A DNA stretch of 64,000 nucleotides from Octopus sinensis. Taxonomy: Eukaryota. The notes under the pieces were generated by a model. The model did no database searches. It was not told the origin of the DNA and saw only the letters and a program-made list of their open reading frames with translations. The stretch spans positions 172,360,001-172,424,000 of the forward strand of contig NC_042997.1 of the NCBI RefSeq assembly GCF_006345805.1, written 5' to 3'. Made by a program: the position numbers and the translations under genes. This document shows, in pieces, positions 23,847 to 37,230 of this stretch (the stretch's first letter is position 1; every line of letters begins with the position of its first letter).

Positions 23847-24231
23847 TCTCTCTCTATATAAACGGCAGTTTGTCTGTGTGTGTTTCAGTGTGTCTGTCAG
23901 GTTGTACCCTCACCCTGACCACGGCTTTCAACCGATTCTGATGAAACTTGACACACACATAGCCCAATGTCATAATTCAAAACTAACGCAGCGAAAATTT
24001 TGAAAAGTTCCCCCAGTTCTGAAAAAAATCGATAAATTCGACATGGGGTCGAGAATCAGAAACACGAACCACAAACTGTCTAGGGGACGCAACTCGACCT
24101 TTTTTAAATCTCAAAAAAAAATTTACCATCATTTTTTTCCATTTTTTTGCTATTTTTTGGCTATAACTCTCTAAAAATGCTTTATAGTTATTTCCCTTAC
24201 AAATCTGAGCAACGCCGGGCGATACTGCTAG
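23847..24231 (+). mobile_element. Non-autonomous Helitron
   Basis: 5' TC after host A; subterminal hairpin (T)CTGAGCAACGCCGGG; 3' CTAG before host T; no TSD. Confidence 0.8.
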
Positions 24232-24750
24232 TTTGTTTATAACACTCTGCTAAGTTGGCACTCAAAATGAGCCTATTTATAATGCTTGAACTGAGATGTT
24301 CTAGAATGATGTATCCTGTGAAGTCTGGTTGTTAATTAGTCCTTAACTTGGCCTCTCAAGTGAGCAAGGCTGTGCTATGTCAGGACTTAAATTTTGTAAT
24401 CTGACAGTTCAGTTTTGAGTCTTGCTACAGTGGCACAAAAATATTTGCAATGGTGAACTAGCTTGCGACAAAACCACTTAGGAATGATAGGGCCACTGAT
24501 TATAGTTACAACATCTGTCTAAGTAAAGAATACTCTGAAACAAAAGTCATGACACTCTAATGGTCAGCTTCAGACCATCCCAACCAATGATAGACTACTT
24601 GGTGGAAAACTGTTCTACCTTAAAAGTGAATACAGCTTTATGTATGCTTCACTTATTGTCATCAGTTTCATGTTCAGGGACTTTTTAGAATACACACTCT
24701 ATTGTAAGACAAGGTGTTGTGGCAGTGAAAAGTAGTGAAACACTTAAGTT

Positions 24751-24789
<39 letters not shown>

Positions 24790-24882
24790 ATATACATACA
24801 TATATATATATATATATACATACATACATATAATCGAAATAATAAAAAGACAAAGAAATTCTTTGATACATCTTTAATGATT

Positions 24883-24987
24883 CATTACAATTGTTTCTGT
24901 ACCAACACCAGTTTATTCAAAAATTTGAAGTGAAACTTTATATAATGTCTGCAGTTTCATACATTAGAGAGGCACTTCATCAGATTT
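24883..24987 (-). ncRNA. Degenerate minimal hammerhead ribozyme-like motif (Penelope-type)
   Basis: Minus strand CTGATGA-A-GTGCC...GGTAC-A-GAAACAATTGTA; palindromic stem III ACAATTGT; stem I weak. Confidence 0.45.
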
Positions 24988-25549
24988 GCATCAAAGGCAA
25001 AGGTGTCCTGTCACATTGTGCGTCTTTTTGGGGTTTTTTGGGGTTCATATCGGGAGGAAACAAAAAGTAAATAACAGTGTGGTTATGGGGTGAGTAAGAA
25101 GGTACGGATCATGGAGAGTGTGGGGAATAAAGTGGAAGCAAACGAAAAAGAAGAAGTGGGTATTGTGTTAGAGCACAGGATACTGCAACAGTTATTATGG
25201 GAGAAACTCTCATATTGGCTTTCGGTGCATATAAGCACTCTTATTTACGTCATTACAAGGGAGATAAATCACCTGCCATCCCCACCACAATGACTACCAA
25301 TTTCACATGATTTTAGCCATCCCTGGCCTGGTCAGTGATAAACACTGGGATGCTGGAGAAAGTAGAAATATCTCTTCTAGAGATATACATAGAATCTCAG
25401 TGCCTAAACAGGCCCTGATATTGCGATAGCCAGAGAGATTACTAAAAATAATTTTTTCCATCAGGAGGGGGGACAATATTACCTTTTGGCATTGATACAT
25501 CTTCATTACTAATGACTGTATGTGTGTGTGTGCATATGTATATATACAG

Positions 25550-25982
25550 CACCATCCAAGCATGATTGTTTCCAAAGCAGCAAACTGGCTTCCGTGCCGG
25601 TGGCACGTAAAAAGCACCATTTGAGCATGATTGTTACCAGCGTTGCATTACTGGCACTTGTGCCGGTGGCATGAGAAAAAACATTCGAGTGAAGTCATTG
25701 CCAGTGCCACTGGACTGGCTCCTGTGCAGGTGACATGTAAAAAAACACCTTTGAGCATGGCCATTGCCAGTACTGCCTGACTGGCACTCGTGCCGGTGGC
25801 ATGTAAAAGCACTCACTACACTCTTGGAGTGGTTGGCATTAGGAAGGGCATCCAGCTGTAGAAATTCTGCCAGATCAGATTGGGGCCTGGTGCAGCCACC
25901 TGGTTTGCCAATCCTCAGTTAAATTGTCCAATCAATGCTAGCATGGAAAGCGGATGTAAAACGATGATGATGATGATGATGA
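25550..25982 (+). mobile_element. (ATG)n-tailed RTE 3' UTR with ~4 degenerate array units
   Basis: Repeated CTGGC...GTGCCGGTGGCA(C/T)GTAAAA(A)GCAC units, then the family 3' end. Confidence 0.8.
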
Positions 25983-26245
25983 CAACAAGCTTCCATACTG
26001 TTTCCATTTACCAAATTCACTCACAAGTCATTAATCGGACTGAGGCTATACTAGAAGACACTTGCCCAAGGTGCTGCACAGTGGACTGAACTCCAAATCA
26101 CTTGGTTTCAAAGCCAGCTTGTTGACCACACAACCTTGTCAGAAACAAAGGTAATAGTAGTTTCTAATATATATACAAGGCCAGAAAATTCAGTTGGAAA
26201 GAAAACAGAAAATATTGACAACAGTTGATTAAATCAACAACAGAA

Positions 26246-26450
26246 AGGCAGCAAGCTAGCAAAATCATTAGCATGCCAGGGCAAAATGCTTAGCAGCATT
26301 TCGCCTGTCTTTACATTCTGAGTTCAAATTCCACCAAGGTCAACTTTACATTTCATCCTTTCATAAATAAGTACCAGTTGACTATTGGGGGTTGATGTAA
26401 TCGACTTATTCCATTCCCCAAATTTGCTGGCCTTGTGCCAAAATTTGAAA
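26246..26450 (+). mobile_element. SINE family B monomer
   Basis: Matches family B consensus. Confidence 0.75.
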
Positions 26451-26903
26451 TCATAATATTGACAACAGCACTTGGAAAGATGAAAAGCAAAGCTGACTCC
26501 TGCAGAATTGAACCTGAAACATAGAGAGCTGAAACAAATACTGCATGGCATTTTGTCCAATTCTGAAAATCCAACAGCAAAGCAAACAAGTTTTTATTAC
26601 ATGAGAACGTGACTCCATGGTGCAACTGAAAAAATTTCTGCACATCTCCAATATAATATTGATTTCTAATATCAAATATAGATTTCTAGCTTTTACTCCC
26701 AGTATGGTATTATACACATGATATATTGAGAATAGTTCACTTAATGAATTAAACAGAAAACATGAGATGGAGGTGTTATTCCTATCATTACCCTGAAGTC
26801 AGTTTTTGATGTATAACTAAGCACCATATCAAGTATCTTCAAACTGAAATCTATTTCAATAATTCTATTGTAAGTGCTTAGAGAAATTGATTATTGTTAT
26901 ATA

Positions 26904-27281
26904 CTAGCAGTATTGCCCGGCGTTGCTCGGGTTTGTTTCGACTCATTAGAATTGGAATTTTTGAAAAGTAAAAATTTTGCATTATGTAGCCTGTTATTTT
27001 ATTCCGGTTGAAATACACCGAAAAATGGTGACACAGCAGTAAAAAAAAATTGTAAAAAATAGGGATTTTCATAGAAAAAAGCTCCTTTTTGATGTAAATA
27101 ATTTTTGGTCTTAACATGGTCCAATTTGAATTTTATCTCCTACAGAAGGAAGAGCAAGCCTTCTTCTATCATACTCTCAATTTTGGTCAACTTGCACCGC
27201 AGGGTCTCAGAGGAGATAGTGTTAGTTGAAGGCTTCCAAACCTGCCACACACAGACAACTTCAGCTTTATATATATATAGA
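26904..27281 (-). mobile_element. Non-autonomous Helitron, complete
   Basis: Minus strand begins TC, ends CCCGAGCAACGCCGGGCAATACTGCTAG, inserted at A|T; same 3' end as 23847-24231. Confidence 0.85.
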
Positions 27282-27754
27282 TTGGTGTGTAAGCAGCATA
27301 AGAAATGCAGCTTCAAATATTATTTCAAGCTTAATTCCTCGAGAGACTAATCTCTTTGAGAATATCATAAACATCATGAAATTGTATTCTTCTGTATGCC
27401 AAGCCTTTGTACTTGGGAAAAAAAATTGTTTTAAAAAAGCACTAATAGCAGAAAGCATTGTTAATGAAGTATGACATTTTTTTTTTTTTGGTTTGTTTTT
27501 TGTTTTTTTTTGTGCAGCTTTCATATAATTACTTGCAGTATGAATTTAACTCACTGAACTACAACTAAGCACTGAAAGCTCTTTCTTTTTTTTTTTTTTT
27601 TGCCGAACTACAGTTACGGTTAAGTACTAAAAGATCTGCACATTGTAAGAATTAGAATTAGAATATACAGTCTAAACCAAAACCTTACAGAAAAAATTGA
27701 AATCTAAGAGTCATACGGGAAATTAATCTTAGGAATGTGATTGATTCTCTTCTG

Positions 27755-27915
27755 TATGTATATATATATATATAATATATACATATATACACATATATAT
27801 ATTACATATATATATGTATATATTTATATACATATATATATACATATATATATGTATATATTTATATACATATATATATATATATATACATATATATATG
27901 TATATATTTATATGG

Positions 27916-27964
<49 letters not shown>

Positions 27965-28475
27965 TATATATACATGTATGTATATATATATATACATATA
28001 TATATATACATATATATATATACATTATATATATATATATATGAAGATGAAGATGATGATGATGATGACGACGACGATGATGATGATGATGATGGTGATG
28101 ACAATGACAATGATGATGATGATGACTATGATGACAATGATGACAATGATGATGATGATTTTATATATATATATATATGTATGTATATGTACATATATAT
28201 ATATATACATATATATATATCATCATCATCGTTAAACGATGATGATGATATATATATGTATATATATATATATGTACATATACATATATATATATAAAAT
28301 CATCATCATCATTGTCATCATTGTCATCATAGTCATCATCATCATCATTGTCATTGTCATCACCATCATCATCATCATCATCGTCGTCGTCATCTTCATC
28401 ATCATCTTCATCATCACAATCATTGTCATCACCATCATTGTCATTATCATCATCATCTTCATCACCATCATCACC
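27755..28475. repeat. (TA)n and (GAT)n microsatellites with a large inverted duplication
   Basis: 28047-28411 is a near-perfect palindrome centred on CATCGTTAAACGATG. Confidence 0.9.
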
Positions 28476-28477
28476 AT

Positions 28478-28876
28478 TTAATGCCTGTTTTCCATGCAGG
28501 CATGGGTTGGATGGTTCCACAGGAATTGTCAAGTCAGAGAACTACACCAAGCTGAAAGGTCTTTTAAGTCTTGGTTTCGTTGACCAAACCAACCCCATAA
28601 AGTCAACTACTTAATCTGTTGGTCTCCTTTGCTAAAACACTGAGTTACAGGATACCCTTCTTAATGTCAACCACTTTACAGAGTGTGCTGGGTACCTTTT
28701 ATGCAACACTAGTGTCAGTGCAATCACCAGGTGATTTGCAAAGCAAAGACCCCTTAATTAAGGGGTGGAGTAATATTGTTGAACAGAAAAGAAGAAAATC
28801 TTGCATTAGAGGGGGAAACATGGCTACCTCTGATGTGGGGAGACAGTGAGGAGAGGAGGACAGTAGGGAGAAAGAG

Positions 28877-28914
<38 letters not shown>

Positions 28915-29150
28915 GGGCAGACAGACAGACAGATAGATAGATGGTGAAGATGTGATGATGAGGGGGCAGTAATGAGTTGGTGGGGGGAAATCACAAGATT
29001 GCTAAAGAAGAGTGGTGGATGGAGTGTGAATGTAATGAATAGGAGCAGGTAGAAGGGAGGGGTATTAGTAGGATATATTGCAAGGAAGAGATTCAATAGA
29101 GACATTATGTGCACGTAGAGACAGAAAGAGAGAGAAAGAGAGAGAGAGAG

Positions 29151-29181
<31 letters not shown>

Positions 29182-30260
29182 GAGTGGAGGGGAATGCAAT
29201 GCAGCAGGTAGGAAGGAAGGAAGATGTTGGAAAGATGGGTTGTGGGTCAGGTTTATCAGGGGCAAGGGATTGCATGCAGTGGTGGGGTTAGGACATAAAG
29301 GACATGACATTATGGCATCAGTTTTACTTAGCTGGGCAGGTCTTCTCAAGTACAGCAAATAACCTGTTGACTTGGTCTTTCATCATCTCTTTGAGGCTCA
29401 GCATCTGAAGGTCAATTCTCACCGCTTTGTCCCATGTCTTTCTGGGGCTTCCCCTTTCACGGGTTTCTTCAACATTTAGAAATCAGTACTTCTTTATGCA
29501 GCTGTTCTCATCCATATGCATCACATGACTACATCAACACAATCTCTCTTGCACATTATAGCTGATGCCTCTTATACCCAATCTTTCTCCCAAAACAGTT
29601 ACACTTTCACACACACACACACACTCACACACACTCACGCACACACGCACTCACACACATACTCACACACACTCACTCGCACACACACACACACTCACTC
29701 ATACACACACTCACACACACTCACCACACACACACACACACTCGCACACACGCACACACACACACCACACACACACGCTGGTATTGTACATTTGAACTTT
29801 TTTCTCTCATTCTAGTAGAGCTTGAGCTTTCAGCTATAAAAACAAGGTCATCAGCATAGAGGAGCTCCTAGGGGTAACCAGTCTTAAATTCTTCTGTAAT
29901 GGCCTGGAGGACTATGATAAACAAGAGGGAACTGAGAAATGATCTTTGGTGAAGTCCTACCTGCACACTAAATTGTTGCTATGCTCATTGCTGACTTTCA
30001 CCTTACTGACAATAACTTTGTATATGGCTTACACAGCTCTTACCAACCACTCATCTATCCCTAGATTCTGCATTGATAATCAGATGAGAGAGTGAAACAA
30101 AGGACTATGTCAAAGGCTTTCTTTGTATCAACAAGTGCCATGTACAGTGCTTTATTTTTGGCTACATGCTTCCCTTACAGTTGTCTTACTACGAAGATAA
30201 CATTAGTAGTGCTTCACCCTGTCACAAAACCAAATTGCATCCCATCCAGGTTAACTCTCA
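28478..30260 (-). mobile_element. Degenerate RTE LINE (RT fragments, ORF end, 3' UTR) broken by microsatellites
   Basis: MQFGFVTG, VGLHQRSFLSSLLFIIVLQAITEEFKTG.P.ELLYADDLV, RGSPRKTWD; (ATG)n-tailed 3' end near 28478. Confidence 0.8.
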
Positions 30261-30666
30261 AGATAGACATTAAAATAATGAAAATAATGGTAATGTGAAA
30301 AGGAGAAGAATAAGGAGATGGAGAAGGATACATATATATATATATATATATATACATATATATATTATCTTTTACTTGTTTCGGTCATCAATCTGCACCC
30401 ACACTTTGGTACGGCCTTGAAGAATTTACTTGAACAAATCAACCCCAGTACTTTTTTCTAAGCCTGGTACTTATTATATCGGTCTCTTTTTGCCAAACCA
30501 CTAAGTTACAGGCACATAAACAAACCAACACCCATTGTCAAGCGGTAGTGGGCAACAAATACAATGAAACACACACAGACACACACACACAATGGTATAC
30601 ACACACACACACACAAACACACACACATATGTATATATATATTCATGCAGATATACATACACTTAC

Positions 30667-30731
30667 CTGATTGCTTCTAAATTACTGGAGAATGACTGGA
30701 TACATGCATAGATGCTTGAACTGAATATTTC
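30667..30731 (-). other. Candidate exon 3' end with consensus splice donor (host gene on minus strand, possibly a 5' UTR exon)
   Basis: Minus strand AATCAG|GTAAGT, perfect donor; lies at the CpG-poor to CpG-richer transition; 5' boundary uncertain. Confidence 0.35.
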
Positions 30732-32122
30732 CTAATACTTAAATAGATAATATTTGGAAAACTTATTTACACTAAACTCACACACGGGCAATTATACTCT
30801 CCTTTCTCCTCACCCCACCCCCACTTCCATCTCTTCCTTTCATACTCTCTCTTCTTCCTAGCTCTCTTCTCTCGTATCTTGAACTATGATCCAGATTGCA
30901 TCTCCACTTCTGATCCTACTATCCCATTACCCAATTCCCTTTTTACACCAAACCCACAATGTAAACAGATGTTGTAAATTTTGCAGTGTTTACATTTCCT
31001 TTTTGTTTTTTTTACTCTTCTTAACACTTTTATTTTATTTTAATACAGATAGAAACCTGAAATGTGAAACCAACCCACTTCTATTTATTTTCACATGGCA
31101 TATGTATTTTCATCACATACAATCTTCGTTAAGTAACGGGTTTTATTTTTCTATGCTCTTTCTACAACCTATTTCCTTATCTAGCTTAATATATTGTTTA
31201 TTTCTTTGATTCGACCTTACCTTTCTATTTACTTTGCCTTATTTGTGTTTCCTCATTGCTCTCTTTTTCTCTATTTACATGAATGAGTGTGTGTGCCTTT
31301 GCACATGCGTGTGTGTAAAACAAAATATGAGAGATTGATTATAAGATATTTAGTCGCTCCATCTTACATACATTTCATTAACAATCGTTGATTATTGGTT
31401 ACTTAATGCAAATTACGTTATCAACACTTACTGTCAAAACAACGTCAAGGACATAACTATTAAACTCAATATCATTGAACTGATATGATGAAAGTATTCA
31501 TCACTGAATGTGTGTGCATGAAGCTACATCTTGCTCACTATATTGGTCTAATGCATACATACATACATACATACATACATACATACATACATACATACAT
31601 ACATACATACATACATACATGCATACATACATACATAATACATACATACATAATATATACGTACATACATACATACATAATACATACATGCATACATAAT
31701 ACATACATACATAATACATACATACATACATACATGCATACACACATACATAATACATACATACATAATACATACATACATAATACATACATACATAATA
31801 TATACGTACATACATAATACATACATACATACATACATACATACATAATACATACATACATAATATATATGTACATACATACATAATACATACATACATA
31901 CATAATACATACATACATACATACATACATACATACATACATGCATACACACATACATAATACATACATACATAATACATACATACATAATACATACATA
32001 CATAATACATACATAATACATACATACATAATATATACGTACATACATACATACATAATACATACATACATATATACATACATACATACATACATACATA
32101 CATACATACATACATACATACA

Positions 32123-32420
32123 GGATCTTTACTTATTGCCCGACAAATATAAAAAATAATTTTTTGTAACTAAACACTTTCAAAATTCGGACACTGGTAG
32201 AATGTGTCATATAAAACATCTTTTACTCTAAGCATTTTTGAGAAAATTAACCGAAATACGAGAACTTTAACGTGAAATAACTTCGTAAATATAAGTTTTT
32301 CTCAAAAAGTGCTACAAGTAAAAGATGTTTTATATAACACATTCTACCAGTGTCCGAAGTTTGAAAGTGTTTAGTCACAAAAAATTATTTTAAAATCTGT
32401 AGGTCAAAAGGTAAAGATCC
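32123..32420. mobile_element. GGATC-ended foldback MITE, internally deleted (copy 1)
   Basis: GGATCTTTAC...GTAAAGATCC with ~130-bp inverted arms. Confidence 0.85.
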
Positions 32421-32552
32421 TACCTATCTACCTACCTACCTACCTACCTACCTACCTACCTACCTACCTACCTACATACATACATACATACATACATACA
32501 TACATACATACATACATACATACATACATACATACATACATACATACATACA

Positions 32553-32850
32553 GGATCTTTACTTATTGCCCGACAAATATAAAAAATAATTTTTTGTAAC
32601 TAAACACTTTCAAAATTCGGACACTGGTAGAATGTGTCATATAAAACATCTTTTACTCTAAGCATTTTTGAGAAAATTAACCGAAATACGAGAACTTTAA
32701 CGTGAAATAACTTCGTAAATATAAGTTTTTCTCAAAAAGTGCTACAAGTAAAAGATGTTTTATATAACACATTCTACCAGTGTCCGAAGTTTGAAAGTGT
32801 TTAGTCACAAAAAATTATTTTAAAATCTGTAGGTCAAAAGGTAAAGATCC
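32553..32850. mobile_element. GGATC-ended foldback MITE (copy 2, identical to copy 1)
   Basis: No difference visible from 32123-32420; 430-bp period. Confidence 0.85.
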
Positions 32851-33293
32851 TACCTATCTACCTACCTACCTACCTACCTACCTACCTACCTACCTACTAC
32901 CTACATGCATGCATGCATGCATGCATGCATGCATGCATGCATGCATGCATGCATGCATGCATGCATGCATACATACATACATACATACATACATACAATA
33001 CATACATACAATACATACATACATACATACATACATACATACATACATACATACATACATACATACATACATACATACATACATACATACATACATACAT
33101 ACATACATACATACATACATACATACATACATACATACATACATACATACATACATAATACATACATACATACATACATACATACATACATACATACATA
33201 CATACATACATACATACATACATACATACATACATACATACATACATACATACATACATACATACATACATACATACATACATACATACATAC

Positions 33294-33600
33294 ATGGCTT
33301 AGTGGTTAGAGTTTTAAGCTCATGATCTTAAGGTAGTGGGTTAGAAATCCAACATCGTGTTCTGTCCTTGAACAAGACTCTCTATTTCTAGTTGCTCCAG
33401 TCCACTCAGCAAGCAAAAATTAATTGTACCTGTAATTCAAGGAACAGGCCTTATCACATTTTATGTCACGCCGAATCTTCTTGAGAACTATATAAATGAT
33501 ATGCATGTCTGTGGAATACTCAGCCACTTGCACTTTAATTTCACATGCAGGCTGTTCGAATGATCGAATCAACTGAAACACTCGTCGTCATGACTGACAG
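33294..33600 (+). mobile_element. SINE family C
   Basis: TGGCTTAGTGG A box; homologous to 4091-4400. Confidence 0.75.
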
Positions 33601-33622
33601 TTAGCCAAACTATGTGTGCATG

Positions 33623-33660
<38 letters not shown>

Positions 33661-33668
33661 TATGTGTA

Positions 33669-34070
33669 TACTCTTTTACTCTTTACTCTTTTACTTGTTT
33701 CAGTCATTTGACTGCAGCCATGCTGGAGCACCGCCTTTAGTCGAGCAAATCGACCCCGGGACTTATTCTTTGTAAGCCCGGTCTCTTTTTGCTGAACCGC
33801 TAAGTGACGGGGACGTAAACACACCAGCATCGGTTGTCAAGCAATGCTAGGGGGACAAACACAGACACACAAACACACACATACATATATATATATATAC
33901 ATATATACGACAGGCTCCTTTCAGTTTCCGTCTACCAAATCCACTCACAAGGCATTGGTCGGCCCGGGGCTATAGCAGAAGACACTTGCCCAAGATGCCA
34001 TGCAGTGGGATTGAACCCGGAATCATGTGGTTGGTTAGCAAGCTACTTACCACACAGCCACTCCTGCACC
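33669..34070 (-). mobile_element. SINE family A
   Basis: Reverse complement of family A consensus. Confidence 0.9.
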
Positions 34071-34915
34071 TGTATATGTGTATGTTAATAATATTCTTTT
34101 TATCACTGCTGTTATAATTTTTCATTACTTTCTTCTAAATATATTACCTCCCAATTTCATTGATAAATTTCAATTTCTTGCCTTCAAATAGAAAATTTCG
34201 TCTCTTCAATTTCAGTCTGTCTCAGTTATATTAAGGTTTCCTTTCATTTTGAAAATCAGACACTTCTAACAATTTTCAGTTTTAGCTTGACCATTCTGCT
34301 CCGGTGAAGCCACTTTCAATTAATAATAGTATTACACTTTGTTCCCATTTCATTACGAACATCCACTCCGACCAAGTAAAAAAAAAATATTAGAAACAAC
34401 AGCAGCTTCCTCTTCAGGTATCTAACTTTCATTTATCTGCGCTAAATCAGACCCTTCTAACAATTTTCAATTTTAAATTTCCATTAAACATTCTTCTGTA
34501 TTCAAGTCATTTCCACTTACTAACATATATCTTTCCACTTCTGTTAACAGTTCATTTAAATTATCAATAATAACACCTTGCTTTCCAGGTATCTTTCTTT
34601 GCTTTCGATATAAATTCCGATTAATATTTGTTTCTATCGTTCTTTAATTTCTCTTTGAAGTTCAGTCAGTATTTTTTAGTTTTTTTCTTCGTTTCATAGT
34701 GTTTCAATCTTTGGTATCTTTCTCTGTCTAGTGTTTCATGGCCAAACATAAACAGACATCAACATGCACCAAATAATCACAATGTAGAAAGACACAAAGT
34801 TACAGCCATAAATGCTATCTTTAAGATAACATATAAAACGCCAGTGTCTATTTAATATTATTGAATAAAACAGTAGATGAAGAGAATCGTATTTCATAAA
34901 GTGTGTATGTGCATT

Positions 34916-34947
<32 letters not shown>

Positions 34948-35126
34948 TGTGTGTGTGCATGTGTGTAGTAATAAAAAATTCAGAAAATATACTTGATATT
35001 TTAAGCTTTATGTAACACACACGTGTTTTAGGAAGTAGATTATCATTATTACGTAAGCCGGTTAACTATTACGCAGCACAATCAACTCACTTTTCAGCAT
35101 TATCAACAAAAAATACACTGAAGATA

Positions 35127-35196
<70 letters not shown>

Positions 35197-36169
35197 TATA
35201 AATATATATATATAAGACAGACCAAAGTGTACGTACACTGCTATATATTGCATTCTTGTCCTGTATGTATGTATGTAAGTCATTATGCAAATTATGTGTC
35301 AGTTAGCAGAGTAGAGTGTAATAAAGTGGACAGGATAGAAAGCAACAGAATGGAAATAGGAAGACTTCTATGGAAACGTCTATCCTGTACACATTACAGT
35401 AGATTCACATGCACTCAGACATCTTCACATTGGCACGCAATGTATACTCAGTAAAGAGGGAAAAGGATAGTAAAATGGTTTTGATACACAGGGTCATCAA
35501 TGATAAAATAGCATCAACAATTATAATGACATCAAAAACAAGAGCTGTCAGTGGCACGCATCAAAATGTGAAAGCGTGATGATAATAAATGTTGACATTT
35601 ACGTGACATTTGTGTCAAAGTATATCCGTTTTGGCAGACACTGGCCTGGATCGGTATGTTCATAAACAGTTCTAAAACAAAGATCATACCATGACGTCCG
35701 TCACACACCATCGCACACACACTCAGACACACACACACATACACACCTCCACATACACACAGAGACACATATGCATGTGCACTCATGCATAACCACACAT
35801 AAAAGTGTTGATGTACTCACGCTCGCGCAGTCGCACAACCGTATACACATATATGTACATATGCGCAGGGATGCCAATTCAAATTTTTAAAAAGCACTAT
35901 TTTGATAGCGAAAAGCACTAAATAAAAGTGAGAAGTACTGAAAAAATGTACTTAAACAAAAAACAAAAAAAAAACAGATTTAAAATTTCAGTTCTACTTA
36001 AATGTAGTTAAAATAATTACTGTTATTTTTTACTCCGTAATATTTTCAAAGAATTTCCGACCAATTTCTTTTGCTGCGGAAGTTGCATCTCACGAGAATT
36101 CAAACCTCCATGGATCTAATTTTCTTTAACAGTTCGTTGAGTAGTTTATAATTATCATAATGGTTTCAA

Positions 36170-36378
36170 ATTTTGTCACAAGGGCAGCCATTTGGGGTGG
36201 GGGCGGTATGTCAATTACATCGACCCCAGTGTTCAGCTGGTACTTAATTTATCGACACCGAAAGGATGAAAGGCAAAGTCGACCTCGGTGAAATTTGAGC
36301 TCAGAACATAGCGACAAATGAAATGTCACTAAGCATTTCACCCAGCACGTTTAATGATTCTGCCAGCTTGCCACCTTA
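36170..36378 (-). mobile_element. SINE family B monomer
   Basis: Reverse complement of family B consensus. Confidence 0.8.
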
Positions 36379-36809
36379 GTTTATTATTATAATGTCGTGT
36401 TTATATATATGTGGTCACCATGTCGCAAGTTCTGATCATTTGTGTGGTTGGCTATGAGAAAGAATGATGCTGTGTCTTTTAATTGAATGAAAGATTAGAC
36501 AGGCTGTATGTATTATATAATTAACAAACCTGCGAATGTTCAACCGTATTTTACTGATAGAAAATTGCGTATATAAATACGCAAATTATCTCAGATTCAC
36601 TGGTTATCAGAATCGTGAGCAGGGATAGGTATATACAGCGTTAACTCAGACGGTAGTTATCTGAAAGAGAAAAATGTAGATACAATAACCGATGCACATT
36701 ATTGAAAGTTGGAGAAGAGAACCACGAGGTTTCCCATTTGAAGGCTACAGTCTTCTTTCCTCTAGTGCCAGCAGCGATCTGCTGTGATTTAGGCGCCAAA
36801 TTGTTTAAC

Positions 36810-37230
36810 TGAGCAAAATGCTTAGCAGTATTTCGTCAGTCTTTTCATTCTGAGTTCAAATTCTGCTGAAGCCAACTTTGCTTTTTATCTTTTCAGGGTA
36901 GATAAATTAAGTACCAGTGAAACACTGGGGTTGATGTAGTCGATCAGTCCCCTCCCACCAAATTTCAGGCCTTGTGCCTTTAGTGGAAAGGAATATTAAA
37001 AGTTTGAAAGCGGCAGCAAGCTGGCAGAATGGTTAGCACGCTGGGCGAATTGCTCAGTGGCATTTCATTCATTTTCACGTTCTGACTTCAAATTCCACTG
37101 AGGTCAACTTTGCCTTTCATTTTATGGGGTCGATAATATAAGAAATAAGTACCACTTGAACACTGGAATCAATGTAATCGACTTACTGCCATCTCGAGCT
37201 TGCAGGTCATGTGCAAAAAAAAAGAAAAAC
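36810..37230 (+). mobile_element. Two adjacent SINE family B copies
   Basis: Second copy (37007-37230) flanked by TSD AATATTAAAAGT(T/C)TG. Confidence 0.8.

Larger units (their letters stand above)
31553..33295. repeat. (TACA)n, (TACC)n and (TGCA)n microsatellite block
   Basis: Directly visible; source of the MYVC/HTYI/MHAC ORFs. Confidence 0.95.

Noticed and set aside
27729-33325. Long ORFs rich in YI, MYVC, HT, D or S
   Set aside because: Translations of (TA)n, (TACA)n, (CA)n and (GAT)n microsatellites
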